A stretch of 64,000 bases of DNA from assembly GCA_963664825.1 (NCBI GenBank), contig OY761614.1:1024001-1088000 (forward strand), written 5' to 3'. The position numbers and the translations under genes were made by a program. The first letter of the stretch is position 1; every line of letters starts with the position of its first letter. The notes beneath the pieces were generated by a model that was not told where the DNA came from, did no database searches, and worked only from the letters and a program-made list of their open reading frames with translations. Source of the stretch: an uncultured Holophaga sp. Lineage in GTDB: Bacteria; Acidobacteriota; Holophagae; Holophagales; Holophagaceae. Shown piece by piece: positions 9,958 to 21,914 of this stretch.

Positions 9958-10929
9958 TTAGACTTCCTGTTCGATGCGCATTCCGAGGGAGAGCCCGATG
10001 CGCGCGAGCTCATCCTTGATCTCCTGCAGAGACTTCTTGCCGAAATTCTTGGTCTTCATCAGCTCGGCTTCGGTCTTTTGAACGAGTTCTCCGATGGTGG
10101 CGATATTCGCATTCCGGAGGCAATTGTTGGCCCTCACGGAGAGTTCGAGTTCTTCCACCGACTTGCCCAGCATGTTGTTGACGTTTTCGGTGCTGAGGAT
10201 CGTCTGGCCGGGTTCTTCGTCTTCGACATCCTCGTCCTCGCGGGCGAAGATCATGAAGTGCTCGCGGAGGATCAAGGCGGCGTCACTGACGGCATCCTTG
10301 GGGTCCACCGTCGCATTGGTCCAAACCTGCAACGTGAGTTTCTCATAGTCGGTGCTGTGGCCCACACGAGCGGGCTCGACCTTGTAGTTCACGCGGATGA
10401 TGGGGCTATGGTTGGAATCCATGGGAATCCAGCCCATGCCGAGCTTCTCGTCGATGTTACGGTCGGCCGTGATGAAGCCGCGGCCGTTGCGGATCTGAAT
10501 CTCGATCTCCAGCTCGCCATCCTCACCGAGGGTGGCGATGTGGATATCGGGGTCCAGCACTTCGACATTCTGATTGGTCTGGATCATGCCGGACTTGACC
10601 ACCCCTTCGCCCTTGTGGCGAAGCACGACCACCGCGGAATCCACGTTGTGGAGCGTGAAGGGCACTTCCTTGAGGTTCAGGAGGATGTGAGTGATGTCCT
10701 CCCAGACACCCGGCAGGGTAGTGAATTCGTGCTGCACGCCCTTGATGCGGACGTTGGTTACTGCGGCGCCACGGATGCTGCTCAGCAGCACGCGACGCAA
10801 GGCATGCCCGGCGGTCGTCGCGAAGCCTCGCTCAAACGGATAGGCGACGAACTCGCCGAACTTCTCCGTCTTGGTGGCAGCATTGACTTCCGCGAATCGC
10901 GGGCGCTGGAAATCACTGATGTTCAGCAT
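9958..10929 (-). CDS. rpoA: RNA polymerase alpha subunit
   Basis: [21 protein letters not shown]; alpha-[15 protein letters not shown]...NFGKKSL. Confidence 0.98.
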   Translation of the reverse strand: MLNISDFQRPRFAEVNAATKTEKFGEFVAYPFERGFATTAGHALRRVLLSSIRGAAVTNVRIKGVQHEFTTLPGVWEDITHILLNLKEVPFTLHNVDSAVVVLRHKGEGVVKSGMIQTNQNVEVLDPDIHIATLGEDGELEIEIQIRNGRGFITADRNIDEKLGMGWIPMDSNHSPIIRVNYKVEPARVGHSTDYEKLTLQVWTNATVDPKDAVSDAALILREHFMIFAREDEDVEDEEPGQTILSTENVNNMLGKSVEELELSVRANNCLRNANIATIGELVQKTEAELMKTKNFGKKSLQEIKDELARIGLSLGMRIEQEV

Positions 10930-10939
10930 CCTCGTCCCC

Positions 10940-11572
10940 TTACTTGCTGTAGAGCTCGACGATCAGCTGCTCGTTAATTTCCAGGGGCACATCCTCACGA
11001 GTGGGGACGGCAATCACCTGGCCCTTAAAGGCAGCGGCGTCGAGGGTGAGCCATTTAGGGATTCCACGACCTGCAGCGGTTTCCACGGAGGACTTCACGA
11101 AGTCGTTCAGTTGGGCGCGCTCCGAGAGCTCGATGCTCTGGCCGCTCTTGGTCTGGAAGCTGGGAATATCAACACGGGTACCGTTCACCTTGATGTGTCC
11201 GTGCATGACCATCTGGCGGGCCGATGCGCGGCTGGGAGAAAAGCCCAGGCGGTAGATCACGTTATCCAGGCGGCTCTCCAGGAAGGCCAGCAGGTTGTGG
11301 CCGGTCTGTCCCTTCTTGCTCTCCGCCTTCTCGAAGTAGAGCCGGAACTGGTTCTCGAGCACACCGTAAATGCGCTTGACCTTCTGCTTCTCCCGAAGCT
11401 GCAGGCTGTAGCCAGTGGGCTTCTTCATCTTGCCCGCGCCGTGCTGGCCGGGGATCTTGCCCTTGCGGGTTTCAAAGGCGCACTTCTCTTTGAAGCAGCG
11501 CTCACCCTTGAGATACAGTTTCATCGCCTCGCGTCGGCAGAGGCGGCATACAGCGTCACAGTATCGTGCCAT
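10940..11572 (-). CDS. rpsD: 30S ribosomal protein S4 (Cys-containing, Zn-ribbon form)
   Basis: [20 protein letters not shown] and LESRLDN motifs. Confidence 0.98.
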   Translation of the reverse strand: MARYCDAVCRLCRREAMKLYLKGERCFKEKCAFETRKGKIPGQHGAGKMKKPTGYSLQLREKQKVKRIYGVLENQFRLYFEKAESKKGQTGHNLLAFLESRLDNVIYRLGFSPSRASARQMVMHGHIKVNGTRVDIPSFQTKSGQSIELSERAQLNDFVKSSVETAAGRGIPKWLTLDAAAFKGQVIAVPTREDVPLEINEQLIVELYSK

Positions 11573-11587
11573 GTCTCTCCTCCTCTC

Positions 11588-11995
11588 TTAAACCCGGCGC
11601 CGTTTGGGGGGCCGGCAACCGTTGTGGGGAATGGGGGTGACGTCGCGGATGCTCGTCACCGAAATGCCTGCGGCGTTCAGAGCGCGAATCGCGCTCTCGC
11701 GGCCTGCGCCGGGCCCCTTCACGCGGACATCCACCGAGCGGACGCCCTGTTCCTTGGCGGCCTCTGCGGCCACGCCGGATGCGATCTGAGCAGCGAAGGG
11801 CGTGCCTTTACGGGTGCCACGAAAGCTCTGGTTCCCGCTGGAAGCCCAGCAGAGCATATTCCCCATCGGATCGGAGATGGAGATGATGGTGTTGTTGAAG
11901 GACGCCTGCACATGGGCAATCCCGTGCGGTACGTTCTTCTTTTCCTTCTTCTTGACCACCTTCTTTCCGGCGGTCTTGGACTGAGTCTTGGCCAT
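11588..11995 (-). CDS. rpsK: 30S ribosomal protein S11
   Basis: ASFNNTI and [18 protein letters not shown]. Confidence 0.98.
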   Translation of the reverse strand: MAKTQSKTAGKKVVKKKEKKNVPHGIAHVQASFNNTIISISDPMGNMLCWASSGNQSFRGTRKGTPFAAQIASGVAAEAAKEQGVRSVDVRVKGPGAGRESAIRALNAAGISVTSIRDVTPIPHNGCRPPKRRRV

Positions 11996-12009
11996 ATCAG
12001 TTCCTCACC

Positions 12010-12378
12010 TTACTTCTTCTTGCCGGCGACGGTCTTCCGCTTGCCCTTGCGGGTGCGGGCGTTGGTATGGGTGCGCTGCCCGTGGCAGGGCAGTCCCTTG
12101 CGATGACGGATGCCGCGATAGCAGCCGATATCCATCAGACGCTTGATATCCAGACCGATGTTCTTTCGGAGATCGCCTTCCACCGTCTCATCAGTGGTGA
12201 TGACGCGGCGGATACGGCCAACCTCGTCCTCGGTGAGGTCCCGGACTTTCGTCCCGAAGTCGACCTTCGCGCGAGTGAGGATGGTGTGGGCCTTGGCCCG
12301 GCCGATCCCATAGATATAGGTCAGCGCGATCTCTACGCGCTTGCCGACGGGCAGATCGATTCCTGCGATGCGTGCCAT
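12010..12378 (-). CDS. rpsM: 30S ribosomal protein S13
   Basis: [18 protein letters not shown] and [13 protein letters not shown]. Confidence 0.98.
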   Translation of the reverse strand: MARIAGIDLPVGKRVEIALTYIYGIGRAKAHTILTRAKVDFGTKVRDLTEDEVGRIRRVITTDETVEGDLRKNIGLDIKRLMDIGCYRGIRHRKGLPCHGQRTHTNARTRKGKRKTVAGKKK

Positions 12379-12387
12379 GTCGTCTCC

Positions 12388-12504
12388 TTAACCCTGACGC
12401 TGCTTGTGCTTGGGATTTTTCTTGCAGATGATCCGATTGATACCTTCACGCCGGACCACCTTGCAGTGCTCGCACAGCTTCTTGATAGAGGGCCGTACTT
12501 TCAT
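12388..12504 (-). CDS. rpmJ: 50S ribosomal protein L36 (Zn-binding form)
   Basis: Below the ORF-track length cutoff. Manual translation: [38 protein letters not shown]. Confidence 0.97.
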   Translation of the reverse strand: MKVRPSIKKLCEHCKVVRREGINRIICKKNPKHKQRQG

Positions 12505-12521
12505 GGTTTCCTCTCGTTAGC

Positions 12522-12740
12522 TTACTTGAATCGGTAAATGATGCGGCCCCGGGTCAAATCGTAGGGGGTTACCTCTACGAGAACCCGGTCGCCGGGGAGG
12601 ATGCGGATGAAATTCTTCCGCATCTTGCCGCTGATATGGGCGAGCACTTGGTGTTTGTTCTCGAGCTCCACGCGGAAAACCGCGTTGGGTAGGGATTCCA
12701 CGACGGTGGCTTCCAGCTCGATGGCTTCTTCCTTGCTCAA
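12522..12740 (-). CDS. infA: Translation initiation factor IF-1
   Basis: TTG start overlapping the adk stop; [12 protein letters not shown]...[16 protein letters not shown]. Confidence 0.98.
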   Translation of the reverse strand: MSKEEAIELEATVVESLPNAVFRVELENKHQVLAHISGKMRKNFIRILPGDRVLVEVTPYDLTRGRIIYRFK

Positions 12741-13408
12741 GCGTGCTCCTCAAAGATCTTGACTACAGTGGCGTAGACTTCATCCGGCATCCCGGATCCA
12801 TCCACCAGCCGATAGCTGGGACCACCACAGTAGAAGGCCTGGAGCGGTTTGAAGGTTGCGTAAAACTCCTTCATCCGACTCTTGAAGGCTTCGGCGGTGT
12901 CGTCGGCGCGATGTTTCAGGGGACTTCCACACTGATCGCAGACGCCAGCCACCTTGGAGGGCTTGCGTTCCAGGTGATAAATCGCACCGCAGGCGTTGTT
13001 GCTGCACACGCGGCGCTTGACCACCCGATCTTCCAAGGCTTCCTCGGGAACTTCGATGTCGACTACGAGCCCTAATTCGATGCCCTGCACGGAGAGGAAA
13101 GTCCCGAGAGCTTCGGCTTGTTGAAGGGTCCGCGGATAGCCATCGAACAGCACGTTCTGGGTTTCGTCTTGCAGCCGCGCAAAGACCAAACCGTTTACCG
13201 TGTTGTCGTCCACGAGTTTTCCAGCGGCCATGATGGCCTTGGCCCGAAGGCCAATTTCCGTTCCTTTCGAAACGGCATCTCTTAGAATATCACCCGTTGA
13301 CAGGTGAACCAAGGAGAATTTCTCGACTAGGCGTTTGGCCTGGGTACCCTTCCCGCTGCCGGGAGGGCCAAGCAGAATATGAACCTTCATGCCTAGCTTT
13401 GTGCTCAT
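12737..13408 (-). CDS. adk: Adenylate kinase (Cys4 LID type)
   Basis: [34 protein letters not shown]...CDQC. The start overlaps the secY stop (ATGA); an alternative ATG lies at 13390. Confidence 0.96.
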   Translation of the reverse strand: MSTKLGMKVHILLGPPGSGKGTQAKRLVEKFSLVHLSTGDILRDAVSKGTEIGLRAKAIMAAGKLVDDNTVNGLVFARLQDETQNVLFDGYPRTLQQAEALGTFLSVQGIELGLVVDIEVPEEALEDRVVKRRVCSNNACGAIYHLERKPSKVAGVCDQCGSPLKHRADDTAEAFKSRMKEFYATFKPLQAFYCGGPSYRLVDGSGMPDEVYATVVKIFEEHA

Positions 13409-14751
13409 TTGGACTTCCCCCCAGCCCGCGCCAGACGGCCACCGTGGACTCTCCCCTTTTCAAGGAAGCCATCGTAGTGACGCATCACCTGGTAGCTCTC
13501 GACCTGGGCGACGGTATCCATGGCCACACCCACCACGATCAGCAGCGATGTGCCACCGAAGTAGAAGTTGAGACCAGGCATGCTGTTGGTGATGATCAGC
13601 GGCACGATGGAGATGGCAGCCAAGTAGATGGCCCCCGCGAAGGTGAGCTTCGACAGGACGCTATCCATGTAGACGCTGGTCTCCTTTCCAGGACGGATGC
13701 CTGGGATGTAGCCACCGGACCGCTTCATGTTATCGGCGGTTTCATCCGGATTGAAGACGATGCTGGTGTAGAAGAAGGCGAAGAAAATCACCACACCGAC
13801 AAAAACGGGGGTGTAGATCCAGAAGTGAGTCTGGGGGCTGATGAAGCTCGCCCCGGTCTGGAGCCAGTTCCATTTGACGAACTGGGCGATGGTCGCCGGG
13901 AAGAAGATTACCGAGCTGGCGAAGATGACGGGCATCACGCCGGCAGTGTTGACCTTGAGGGGCAGATAGGAACTGCGCTGGCTGGCCATGGTGGAGGAAT
14001 CCACCCGTCGGGCATAGTGGATGGGAATGCGCCGATAGGCGTTTTCCACCAGTACCACCGCCAGGAGCACCACACTCATTGCCGCAATCAGCAGGATGAA
14101 CACACCCGGAGGGGCGGTATTCCCCTCCTGCATGATGGAGGCGTGAAACATCGTCCAGAGCGTCTGGCCAGCCTTAGGGAGGCCCGCCACGATGCCCGCG
14201 AAGATCAGCAAGGAGATGCCGTTCCCGACGCCTCGTTCAGTGATCTGTTCGCCGAGCCACATCACGAAAATGGATCCCGTCGAGAGGGTGAAGGCGCACA
14301 TGAGCTTGAAGCCCATGCCCGGATTCACCACGACGTCGGGCCCCAATCCTTGAGCCATGGCCGCGATTCCGAAGCCCTGAACGAAGGCCAGGCCGACGGT
14401 CAAGTAGCGGGTCCACTGATTGATCTTCTGCCGACCCGCCTCGCCTTCCTTCTTCTGAAGGTTCTCGAGGGTGGGGACCACCGCGCCCATCAACTGCAAG
14501 ACGATGCTGGCCGTAATGTAGGGCGTGATGCCCAGGGCGAAGACGGAGAACTTTTTGAAGGCGCCCCCCGAGAACAGATCGACCACGTTCAGCAGATCCC
14601 CGGCCTTCCCGAGGTTCTTGGCCAGTTCGTTGGGGTTCACGCCGGGCACGGAGACATGCACTCCGAACCGGTAGATCACCAGCATGACCAGCGTGAACAG
14701 CAGGCGTTTGCGAAGTTCAGGATTTGTGAAGAGTTGCCGGATTCGTTCCAT
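13405..14751 (-). CDS. secY: Preprotein translocase subunit SecY
   Basis: SVFALGITPYITASI, WLGEQITERGVGNGISL and FGGTSLLIVVGV. Confidence 0.98.
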   Translation of the reverse strand: MERIRQLFTNPELRKRLLFTLVMLVIYRFGVHVSVPGVNPNELAKNLGKAGDLLNVVDLFSGGAFKKFSVFALGITPYITASIVLQLMGAVVPTLENLQKKEGEAGRQKINQWTRYLTVGLAFVQGFGIAAMAQGLGPDVVVNPGMGFKLMCAFTLSTGSIFVMWLGEQITERGVGNGISLLIFAGIVAGLPKAGQTLWTMFHASIMQEGNTAPPGVFILLIAAMSVVLLAVVLVENAYRRIPIHYARRVDSSTMASQRSSYLPLKVNTAGVMPVIFASSVIFFPATIAQFVKWNWLQTGASFISPQTHFWIYTPVFVGVVIFFAFFYTSIVFNPDETADNMKRSGGYIPGIRPGKETSVYMDSVLSKLTFAGAIYLAAISIVPLIITNSMPGLNFYFGGTSLLIVVGVAMDTVAQVESYQVMRHYDGFLEKGRVHGGRLARAGGKSK

Positions 14752-14763
14752 CAGGATCAGGCC

Positions 14764-15225
14764 TTACTGAGCGGGCGTAGGAGTGAGTTCCTGGATGGTG
14801 CCGCCCTTGGCGGTGATCGCCTCGCGCGCGCCCTTGGTGATCCGGTCGGCCACCACGGTGACCTTCAGGCTCAGTTCCCCAGAGGCGAGCACCACGATCT
14901 TCTGAATCGTGGAATTGACGAGCTTCTTTTCGCGCAACGTCTGGATGCTGACCGTCTCGCCATCCTGGAAATTATTGGAAATGACGGCCAGGCCGATTTC
15001 CTTGGTAACCAAGGCGTGGACATTGGTGAAACCGCGCTTGGGCAGACGGCGCACCAAGGGCATCTGGCCGCCCTCAAAGGCGCGCTTGGCGCTGTAACCA
15101 CGACGGGACTTCTGGCCCTTCTCGCCGGCGCCGGACGTCTTGCCCGTGCCGGACCCGGGGCCGCGGCCCACACGCTTCCGGTTCTTAGTCGCGCCCTCGG
15201 CGGGCTTGAGTTCGTTTAATTTCAT
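14764..15225 (-). CDS. rplO: 50S ribosomal protein L15
   Basis: RVGRGPGSG and [17 protein letters not shown]. Confidence 0.98.
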   Translation of the reverse strand: MKLNELKPAEGATKNRKRVGRGPGSGTGKTSGAGEKGQKSRRGYSAKRAFEGGQMPLVRRLPKRGFTNVHALVTKEIGLAVISNNFQDGETVSIQTLREKKLVNSTIQKIVVLASGELSLKVTVVADRITKGAREAITAKGGTIQELTPTPAQ

Positions 15226-15228
15226 GGC

Positions 15229-15426
15229 CTACTCCTTGACCGTCACTGCGACGAGGTGCGGAATGCGCTTGACCATGCCATGCACATTCGGGGTGTACTC
15301 GCACTGACGGGTGTCACCCACCTTCTTGAGTCCCATGGTCTGCACGAAGGCCCGATGTTTGGGGGGCGTGCAGATGATGGAACGCACGAGCGTCAAGACG
15401 ACCTGCTTTCCGATCAGGTTGGTCAT
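15229..15426 (-). CDS. rpmD: 50S ribosomal protein L30
   Basis: Sits between rpsE and rplO; TLVRSII...MGLKK...GMVKRIPHLV. Confidence 0.92.
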   Translation of the reverse strand: MTNLIGKQVVLTLVRSIICTPPKHRAFVQTMGLKKVGDTRQCEYTPNVHGMVKRIPHLVAVTVKE

Positions 15427-15427
15427 G

Positions 15428-15940
15428 TTAAGCCTCCGCCTGGTCGATGCCACGGTTGGTCATGACCGTGTAGGGATCCATGAGACTCTGGAATCCAGCA
15501 AAGGTGGCGCGAACCACATTGTGAGGATTGGAAGATCCCAGGCTCTTGGTGAGCACGTTGTGAATGCCGGCGGCTTCCATGACGGCGCGCACCGTGGCCC
15601 CAGCGATGACGCCAGTGCCCTCGGGAGCGGGCTTCATCAGTACGGAACCCGCACCGAAACGACCCGTGATCGCGTGAGGAATGGAACCGGTAGGAGTCAC
15701 CGGAACGGATGTCAGATTGCGCTTGGCGGCCTCGATGCCCTTCTTGATGGCGGAGGGAACTTCGAGTGCCTTGCCAAGTCCGAAGCCAACCTTGCCTCGG
15801 CCATCGCCGACGACGACCAGCGCGGAAAAGGAGAAGTTCTTGCCTCCCTTTACCACCTTGGTTACGCGACCGACGTAGATGACCTGGTCCTTGAGTTCGC
15901 CCTGTGGGGTCTCAGCGTGGTTCTTTACATCAGCGGACAT
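15428..15940 (-). CDS. rpsE: 30S ribosomal protein S5
   Basis: [23 protein letters not shown] and [11 protein letters not shown]; start MSADVKN at 15940. Confidence 0.97.
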   Translation of the reverse strand: MSADVKNHAETPQGELKDQVIYVGRVTKVVKGGKNFSFSALVVVGDGRGKVGFGLGKALEVPSAIKKGIEAAKRNLTSVPVTPTGSIPHAITGRFGAGSVLMKPAPEGTGVIAGATVRAVMEAAGIHNVLTKSLGSSNPHNVVRATFAGFQSLMDPYTVMTNRGIDQAEA

Positions 15941-15950
15941 GAGCCCCCCC

Positions 15951-16313
15951 TCAGAACTGCAACCCGGCGGCCCGGGCGCTGTCAGCCAGCGCTTTGACGC
16001 GGCCGTGATAGACATAACCATTGCGGTCGAAGACCACCGCCTTGACGCCCAACTCTTGGAGTCGGGTGGCGATGCTGGCACCAACGACCTTCGCGGCCTC
16101 GATGTTCGCGCCATTCTTCAGCGTGCCGCGCAGATCCTTCTCCAGGCTGGAGGCAGAAGCCAGTGTGACACCCTTGGTGTCATCCACCGCTTGGACATAA
16201 ATGCGCTTGAGGCTCTTGTAGATAGTGAGACGCGGACGCTCGGCAGTCCCCGAGAGGCGACTCCGGATCTTCGTCTTCGTCTTCTGACGACGTACCTTCA
16301 TTTCATTGGCCAT
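15951..16313 (-). CDS. rplR: 50S ribosomal protein L18
   Basis: GTAERPRL and [16 protein letters not shown]. Confidence 0.98.
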   Translation of the reverse strand: MANEMKVRRQKTKTKIRSRLSGTAERPRLTIYKSLKRIYVQAVDDTKGVTLASASSLEKDLRGTLKNGANIEAAKVVGASIATRLQELGVKAVVFDRNGYVYHGRVKALADSARAAGLQF

Positions 16314-16322
16314 GGTTTCCCC

Positions 16323-16859
16323 TTACTTCCCAGTCTTGCCGGCCTTGCGGCGGATAACTTCGCCGGTGTATTGGACGCCCTTGCCCTTGTAAGGCTCGGG
16401 TTTGCGGAACTGGCGGATATCGGCAGCGACCTGTCCCACGATCTGCCGGTCTTGACCGGTGACGATGAGATGGGTGCCCTTCTCGACGGCGATGACAATG
16501 CCTTTCGGCGCGTCGTAGAAGATGGGGTGGCTGAAACCGAGGTCCAGGCGGAGCTTGGCTCCCTCCATGGCGGCCTTGTAGCCGACACCGACGATATCGA
16601 GTTCCTTCTTCCAGCCCTCGGTGACGCCGGTCACGGCGTTCTGGATGAGGGCACGGCAGAGACCGTGGAAGGCCCGGGTCTGGGCCTCTTCGTTGGCACG
16701 AACAAGGTTGATGGAATCGGCCTGAATATCGAGGGAAATCCCTGTGGGGACCGGGCATTTCAACAGGCCCTTGGCGCCTTCGACGACAGCCTCAGCCCCG
16801 TTGACAGTGACTTTGACGCCTTTCGGCAGCGTCACGGGCTTTTTTCCGATGCGAGACAT
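16323..16859 (-). CDS. rplF: 50S ribosomal protein L6
   Basis: MSRIGKKP and RKPEPYKGKG. Confidence 0.98.
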   Translation of the reverse strand: MSRIGKKPVTLPKGVKVTVNGAEAVVEGAKGLLKCPVPTGISLDIQADSINLVRANEEAQTRAFHGLCRALIQNAVTGVTEGWKKELDIVGVGYKAAMEGAKLRLDLGFSHPIFYDAPKGIVIAVEKGTHLIVTGQDRQIVGQVAADIRQFRKPEPYKGKGVQYTGEVIRRKAGKTGK

Positions 16860-16892
16860 GATTGAATCCTTGGAAACGGGTTGAACGAAGGA

Positions 16893-17288
16893 CTACCAGA
16901 CGTGCGCGAGAATCTCGCCGCCTACGTTCTGCTTCCGGGCATCCTTCCCCGTGAGCAGTCCCTTGGGAGTGGTGAGAATGGCGATACCGAGACCGGAGTG
17001 GACATCGGTGATCTCATTGGCACCGACGTAGACACGCAGGCCGGGGCTGGAGATGCGCTTGAGGCCGTGGATGACGGATTCTCCGCCCTTCACGTACTTC
17101 AGGCTCACGACAAGGTACTCGCGGCCCTCATGCTCCACGCTCTTGTAACCGTGGATGTAGCCCTCCTGCTTGAGGATGGCCGAGAGACGCACCTTCATCT
17201 TGGAGGTCGGCACGACGACAGCGTCGTGACCAGCCATGAGGCCGTTGCGTAAACGGGTGAGGTAATCGGCGATAGGATCGGTGTACAT
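16893..17288 (-). CDS. rpsH: 30S ribosomal protein S8
   Basis: TDPIADYLTRLRN, RISSPGLRVY and GGEILAHVW. Confidence 0.98.
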   Translation of the reverse strand: MYTDPIADYLTRLRNGLMAGHDAVVVPTSKMKVRLSAILKQEGYIHGYKSVEHEGREYLVVSLKYVKGGESVIHGLKRISSPGLRVYVGANEITDVHSGLGIAILTTPKGLLTGKDARKQNVGGEILAHVW

Positions 17289-17300
17289 GGTTTCCTCTTC

Positions 17301-17486
17301 TTACCAGGAGGACTTCTGAACGCCGGGAAGCTCGCCTGCGAGGGCGTGTTTCCGGAAGCAAAGGCGGCAGAGTTCGAACTTGCGCATGAATCCGCGGGCA
17401 CGACCGCACAGCTTGCAACGATTGCGGTGCTGGGTCGAGAACTTGGGCTTAGAAGCGTCTTTATATCTCTTCGCGATGCGAGCCAT
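17301..17486 (-). CDS. rpsN: 30S ribosomal protein S14, short Zn-binding type Z
   Basis: 61 aa; NRCKLCGR...LCRLCFR...LPGVQKSSW. Confidence 0.97.
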   Translation of the reverse strand: MARIAKRYKDASKPKFSTQHRNRCKLCGRARGFMRKFELCRLCFRKHALAGELPGVQKSSW

Positions 17487-17498
17487 TGGTTCTCCTGA

Positions 17499-18053
17499 CT
17501 ACTTGCGGAAAGGCATTCCGAGGTGGGCGAGCATCGCTCGAGCCTCGGCGTCAGTGGGTGCGGAGGTCACGAAGGTCACGTTCATGCCCTTGATCTTCTC
17601 GACCCGCGAATAATCGATTTCCTGGAAAATCAGCTGATCCTTGAGACCCAGCGTGTAGTTGCCGCGGCCATCGAAGGACTTGGTGGGAACGCCGCGAAAA
17701 TCGCGAACGCGAGGAAGGGACAGACTGACCAGACGGTCAAAGAATTCCCACATACGCTCGGCACGCAGCGTCACCATGCAGGCGATGGGCATCCCCTCGC
17801 GCAGCTTGAACTGAGCGACGCTCTTCTTGGCCTTCCGGATCACGGGCTTCTGGCCCACGATGGCGGTGAGCTCTTCCACGGCCACATCCAGGGTCTTGAT
17901 GTTCTGGATGGCGTCACCAACGCCCATGTTGATGACGATCTTCTGAAGCCGAGGCACCTGCATCTTACTGGTGTAGGCGAATTCCTCTATGAGCTTCGGC
18001 ACCACTTCGGTGCGGTAGCGAGCCTTGACGCGCGGCTCTGCTGGGGTAGGCAT
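17499..18053 (-). CDS. rplE: 50S ribosomal protein L5
   Basis: [18 protein letters not shown] and [17 protein letters not shown] before ATG 18053. Confidence 0.97.
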   Translation of the reverse strand: MPTPAEPRVKARYRTEVVPKLIEEFAYTSKMQVPRLQKIVINMGVGDAIQNIKTLDVAVEELTAIVGQKPVIRKAKKSVAQFKLREGMPIACMVTLRAERMWEFFDRLVSLSLPRVRDFRGVPTKSFDGRGNYTLGLKDQLIFQEIDYSRVEKIKGMNVTFVTSAPTDAEARAMLAHLGMPFRK

Positions 18054-18238
18054 CAGTTCCTCCATTTCCGGGGGGCGACTACGTCCCACGGGTTCGGGAG
18101 AGCGAAAGGGCTTGGGTTCCGGCGGTCCGGCCCGTTTCCTTTCAACCTCGAGTTTTCAAGCAATTCCGTCGGCGGCGTTCCGCCGACGGAATGAACAGTG
18201 TCTCACATAATCTGAAATCGCGAAGCGATTTTAACGAC

Positions 18239-18514
18239 TTAGACCGTGCGCTTGCGCGTGGGCTTCTGGGTCGCAGGATCCACCAGCATCACGTTGGAGG
18301 CATGGATGGAGGCTTCCTTGGTGACGATGCCGCCCTCAACCCCAGCTTGGGGGTTGGGTTTGGTGGCCTTCTTGATCATGTTCATGCCGGCCACGACCAC
18401 GCGATTGGAGCTGGGGCTGACCTTGGTGATCTGGCCCCGCTTTCCGCGATCCTTGCCGGTAATGATGAGGACTTCGTCCCCCTTCTTGAGCTTCATCTTG
18501 ACTGGCTTTTCCAT
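18239..18514 (-). CDS. rplX: 50S ribosomal protein L24 (short)
   Basis: KOW motif [18 protein letters not shown] and EASIHASNV. The start overlaps the rplN stop (TGATG); an alternative GTG lies at 18517. Confidence 0.96.
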   Translation of the reverse strand: MEKPVKMKLKKGDEVLIITGKDRGKRGQITKVSPSSNRVVVAGMNMIKKATKPNPQAGVEGGIVTKEASIHASNVMLVDPATQKPTRKRTV

Positions 18515-18882
18515 CACAGCACCTCAGGAGCGAGGGAGACGATCTTCATGTATTTCCGCTCTCGCAGCTCGCGGGCCACGGGGCCAAACACGCGCGTTCC
18601 GACCGGTTCGCCATCCTTCTTGATGATGACGGCCGCGTTCTCGTCAAAACGAATGTAGGACCCGTCCTTGCGGCGGAAAGCCTTCCGCTGCCGCACGATG
18701 ACGGCCTGCACGACGGCCTTCTTTTTGACAGTGCCCCCGGGGATAGCTTCCTTGACGGAGGCGGTGATGACATCGCCGATCTGGGCGATGTTGCCCACCC
18801 CGCCACCTAGCGGCAGGATGCAGCAGATCTTCTTGGCGCCGGAATTATCGGCCACCGTAAGCATGGTTCCCATCTGGATCAT
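18514..18882 (-). CDS. rplN: 50S ribosomal protein L14
   Basis: [18 protein letters not shown] and [13 protein letters not shown]. Confidence 0.98.
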   Translation of the reverse strand: MIQMGTMLTVADNSGAKKICCILPLGGGVGNIAQIGDVITASVKEAIPGGTVKKKAVVQAVIVRQRKAFRRKDGSYIRFDENAAVIIKKDGEPVGTRVFGPVARELRERKYMKIVSLAPEVL

Positions 18883-18891
18883 GTCGCCTCC

Positions 18892-19149
18892 TTACTCGCC
18901 AGCTTTCTGGACGATCTCTAGGACCATCCAGCGCTTGCGCTTGGACAGGGGCCGCGACTCAACGATCTGAACCACATCGCCAATCTGACAGGCGTTGGTC
19001 TCGTCGTGAGCCATGAGTTTCTTGCTCTGTTTGACCGTGCGATTGTAGAGAGGGTGCTGGTACTTGCGTTCCACCTTCACCACGACCGTCTTATCGGCCT
19101 TGTTGGATACCACGATGCCGCTGCGGATCATTTTCTGTTCTAGGCTCAT
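18892..19149 (-). CDS. rpsQ: 30S ribosomal protein S17
   Basis: [14 protein letters not shown] and [11 protein letters not shown]. Confidence 0.98.
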   Translation of the reverse strand: MSLEQKMIRSGIVVSNKADKTVVVKVERKYQHPLYNRTVKQSKKLMAHDETNACQIGDVVQIVESRPLSKRKRWMVLEIVQKAGE

Positions 19150-19157
19150 GGTCTACC

Positions 19158-19358
19158 TCACGCCAGCTTCATCTTGAGCGCGGTCTTGACGCGGGCGAGT
19201 TCACGGCGTGTCTTCCGGATCTCGGCGGTGTTTTCCACCTGGCCCACGGCGTGCTGGAAGCGGAGAGTGAAACGCTTGGCGGCCAGATCGGCCTCCAACT
19301 GCGCGAGCTCTTCGATGTTCTTCACAGCCAGTTCGCTGAATGGATTCTTCTTATTCAT
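19158..19358 (-). CDS. rpmC: 50S ribosomal protein L29
   Basis: Expected position; [14 protein letters not shown]...RRELARVKT. Confidence 0.95.
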   Translation of the reverse strand: MNKKNPFSELAVKNIEELAQLEADLAAKRFTLRFQHAVGQVENTAEIRKTRRELARVKTALKMKLA

Positions 19359-19368
19359 GTCGGTCCTC

Positions 19369-19788
19369 TCACTCTTCCGGCGGCGTACGGGAGATGAAGT
19401 CGGAGGCCACGCAGAGCTTCATCTGGGCTAGACGCAAGGCTTCGCGAGCTGTTTCCTCGTCGACGCCCTCCATCTCGAAGAGAATCTTGCCGGGCCGAAC
19501 CACCGCCACCCAGCCATCGGGCGCGCCCTTGCCGGAACCCATACGGGTTTCAGCGGGTTTGCTGGTGGTGGGCTTATCGGGGAAGATCCGGATCCAGATT
19601 CGACCACCGCGCTTGATGTGGCGCGTCATGGCAATACGAGCGGCCTCGATCTGACGATTTGTGACCCAGGCGTGTTCGAGGGCCTTCAGGCCGAAATCGC
19701 CGAAGGAGAGCTCGTTGCCGCGGGTCGCGACGCCGCGGGTGCGGCCCTTCATGACTTTCCTGTGCTTGACTTTATTCGGCATCAACAT
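19369..19788 (-). CDS. rplP: 50S ribosomal protein L16
   Basis: MLMP.KVKHRK, RQIEAAR and RMGSGKG. Confidence 0.98.
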   Translation of the reverse strand: MLMPNKVKHRKVMKGRTRGVATRGNELSFGDFGLKALEHAWVTNRQIEAARIAMTRHIKRGGRIWIRIFPDKPTTSKPAETRMGSGKGAPDGWVAVVRPGKILFEMEGVDEETAREALRLAQMKLCVASDFISRTPPEE

Positions 19789-19797
19789 GGGTTCACC

Positions 19798-20445
<648 letters not shown>

Positions 20446-20447
20446 GG

Positions 20448-20795
20448 TTACTCCTCCCGACCCAACTGCAGTGTGATGTGGCAGGTGCGCTTCTGCACCC
20501 GGTAGGCCCGGCCCATTGGCGCAGGGCGGACCCGCTTCATGCGGAAGCCCTCATCCACGAAGGCGGTCTTGACGACCAGGGCATCGGGATTCACAGCGGG
20601 ATCCTTGTCGATGGCGTTGGCCACGGCGGAGTCGAGCAGCTTCTTGATGGGCGCAGAGGCGTACTTCTTGGTGGACAGAAGAATCCACTGAGCCTCGCCA
20701 ACCTGCTTGCCGCGGATCAAATCGACGACGAGACGGGCCTTCTGAGCGGAGCCCCGCAGGTGTCGGATAGTGGCAGTAGAAACGATTTCAGACAT
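20448..20795 (-). CDS. rplV: 50S ribosomal protein L22
   Basis: [20 protein letters not shown] and PAPMGRA; GGAGG SD before ATG 20795. Confidence 0.97.
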   Translation of the reverse strand: MSEIVSTATIRHLRGSAQKARLVVDLIRGKQVGEAQWILLSTKKYASAPIKKLLDSAVANAIDKDPAVNPDALVVKTAFVDEGFRMKRVRPAPMGRAYRVQKRTCHITLQLGREE

Positions 20796-20796
20796 A

Positions 20797-21081
20797 TTAC
20801 CTCCCCTTCGCCTTGGCGTCGGACTTGCCGGCATGCCCTTTGAAGGTGCGGGTTTGGGAGAACTCACCCAGCTTGTGACCGACCATGTTGTCAGTGACGT
20901 AGACGGGGATGAACTTGTTTCCGTTGTGGACGGCGATGGTCATCCCGATCATCTGAGGCAGAACCGTGGACCTACGGGACCAGGTCTTGATGACGCGCTT
21001 GTCCATCGAGGCCTGAGCCGTGTCGATCTTCTTCTGCAAATGGGTGTCAATGAACGGACCTTTTTTCAGCGAACGTGCCAT
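20797..21081 (-). CDS. rpsS: 30S ribosomal protein S19
   Basis: [10 protein letters not shown] and MVGHKLGEF. Confidence 0.98.
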   Translation of the reverse strand: MARSLKKGPFIDTHLQKKIDTAQASMDKRVIKTWSRRSTVLPQMIGMTIAVHNGNKFIPVYVTDNMVGHKLGEFSQTRTFKGHAGKSDAKAKGR

Positions 21082-21092
21082 GGCATCCTCTC

Positions 21093-21914
21093 CTAGTTGA
21101 TCCGCTTGACGATGAACTTGGCGGTGCGCTTATTGCGCCGCGTCTTGTAGCCGCGCGTCGGCTGGCCCCAAGGCGTGACGGGATGGCGTCCGCCGGATGT
21201 ACGGCCTTCACCACCACCGTGGGGGTGATCCACAGGGTTCATCACCACACCGCGGACGGTGGGGCGGATGCCCATCCAGATCTTGCGACCGGCCTTCCCC
21301 AGGGACACGTTCTCGTGCTGGAGGTTGCCGACCTGACCCACTGTCGCGAAGCAATCCAGATGGATCCTGCGGATCTCACCGGAGGGCATGCGGAGCTGAG
21401 CGTAGTCCTCGTCCTTGGCCACGAGCTGAGCGAAGGTCCCTGCGGCGCGGGCGATCTGACCACCCTTGCCAGGCTTCATCTCGATGTTGTGCACCGTGGT
21501 GCCAAGCGGCATGTTCCGGAGGGGCAAGGCGTTGCCCACCAGGATATCTGCGTCCTTACCGGAGAGGACCGTACGGCCCACTTCCAGGCCGTCGGGTGCC
21601 AGGATGTAGCGCTTCTCGCCATCCGCGTAGATGAGGAGGGCAATGCGAGCCGTTCTGTTGGGGTCGTACTCGATGGTCGCGACCTTGGCGGGAACGCCGG
21701 GCTTGTTGCGCTTGAAGTCGATGATTCGATAGCGACGCTTGTGCCCACCACCGATGTGGCGAGTCGTGATACGTCCGTTGTTGTTACGTCCGCCGGTGCG
21801 TTTGAGCGTGCCGATGAGGGAGCGTTCGGGAGTATCAGAAGTGATCTCCTCGAACCCCTGCTTCGACATGCCCCGCTGACCGGGGGTCGTAGGCTTGAGC
21901 AGCTTGATGCTCAT
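21093..21914 (-). CDS. rplB: 50S ribosomal protein L2
   Basis: [15 protein letters not shown] and [13 protein letters not shown]. Confidence 0.98.
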   Translation of the reverse strand: MSIKLLKPTTPGQRGMSKQGFEEITSDTPERSLIGTLKRTGGRNNNGRITTRHIGGGHKRRYRIIDFKRNKPGVPAKVATIEYDPNRTARIALLIYADGEKRYILAPDGLEVGRTVLSGKDADILVGNALPLRNMPLGTTVHNIEMKPGKGGQIARAAGTFAQLVAKDEDYAQLRMPSGEIRRIHLDCFATVGQVGNLQHENVSLGKAGRKIWMGIRPTVRGVVMNPVDHPHGGGEGRTSGGRHPVTPWGQPTRGYKTRRNKRTAKFIVKRIN

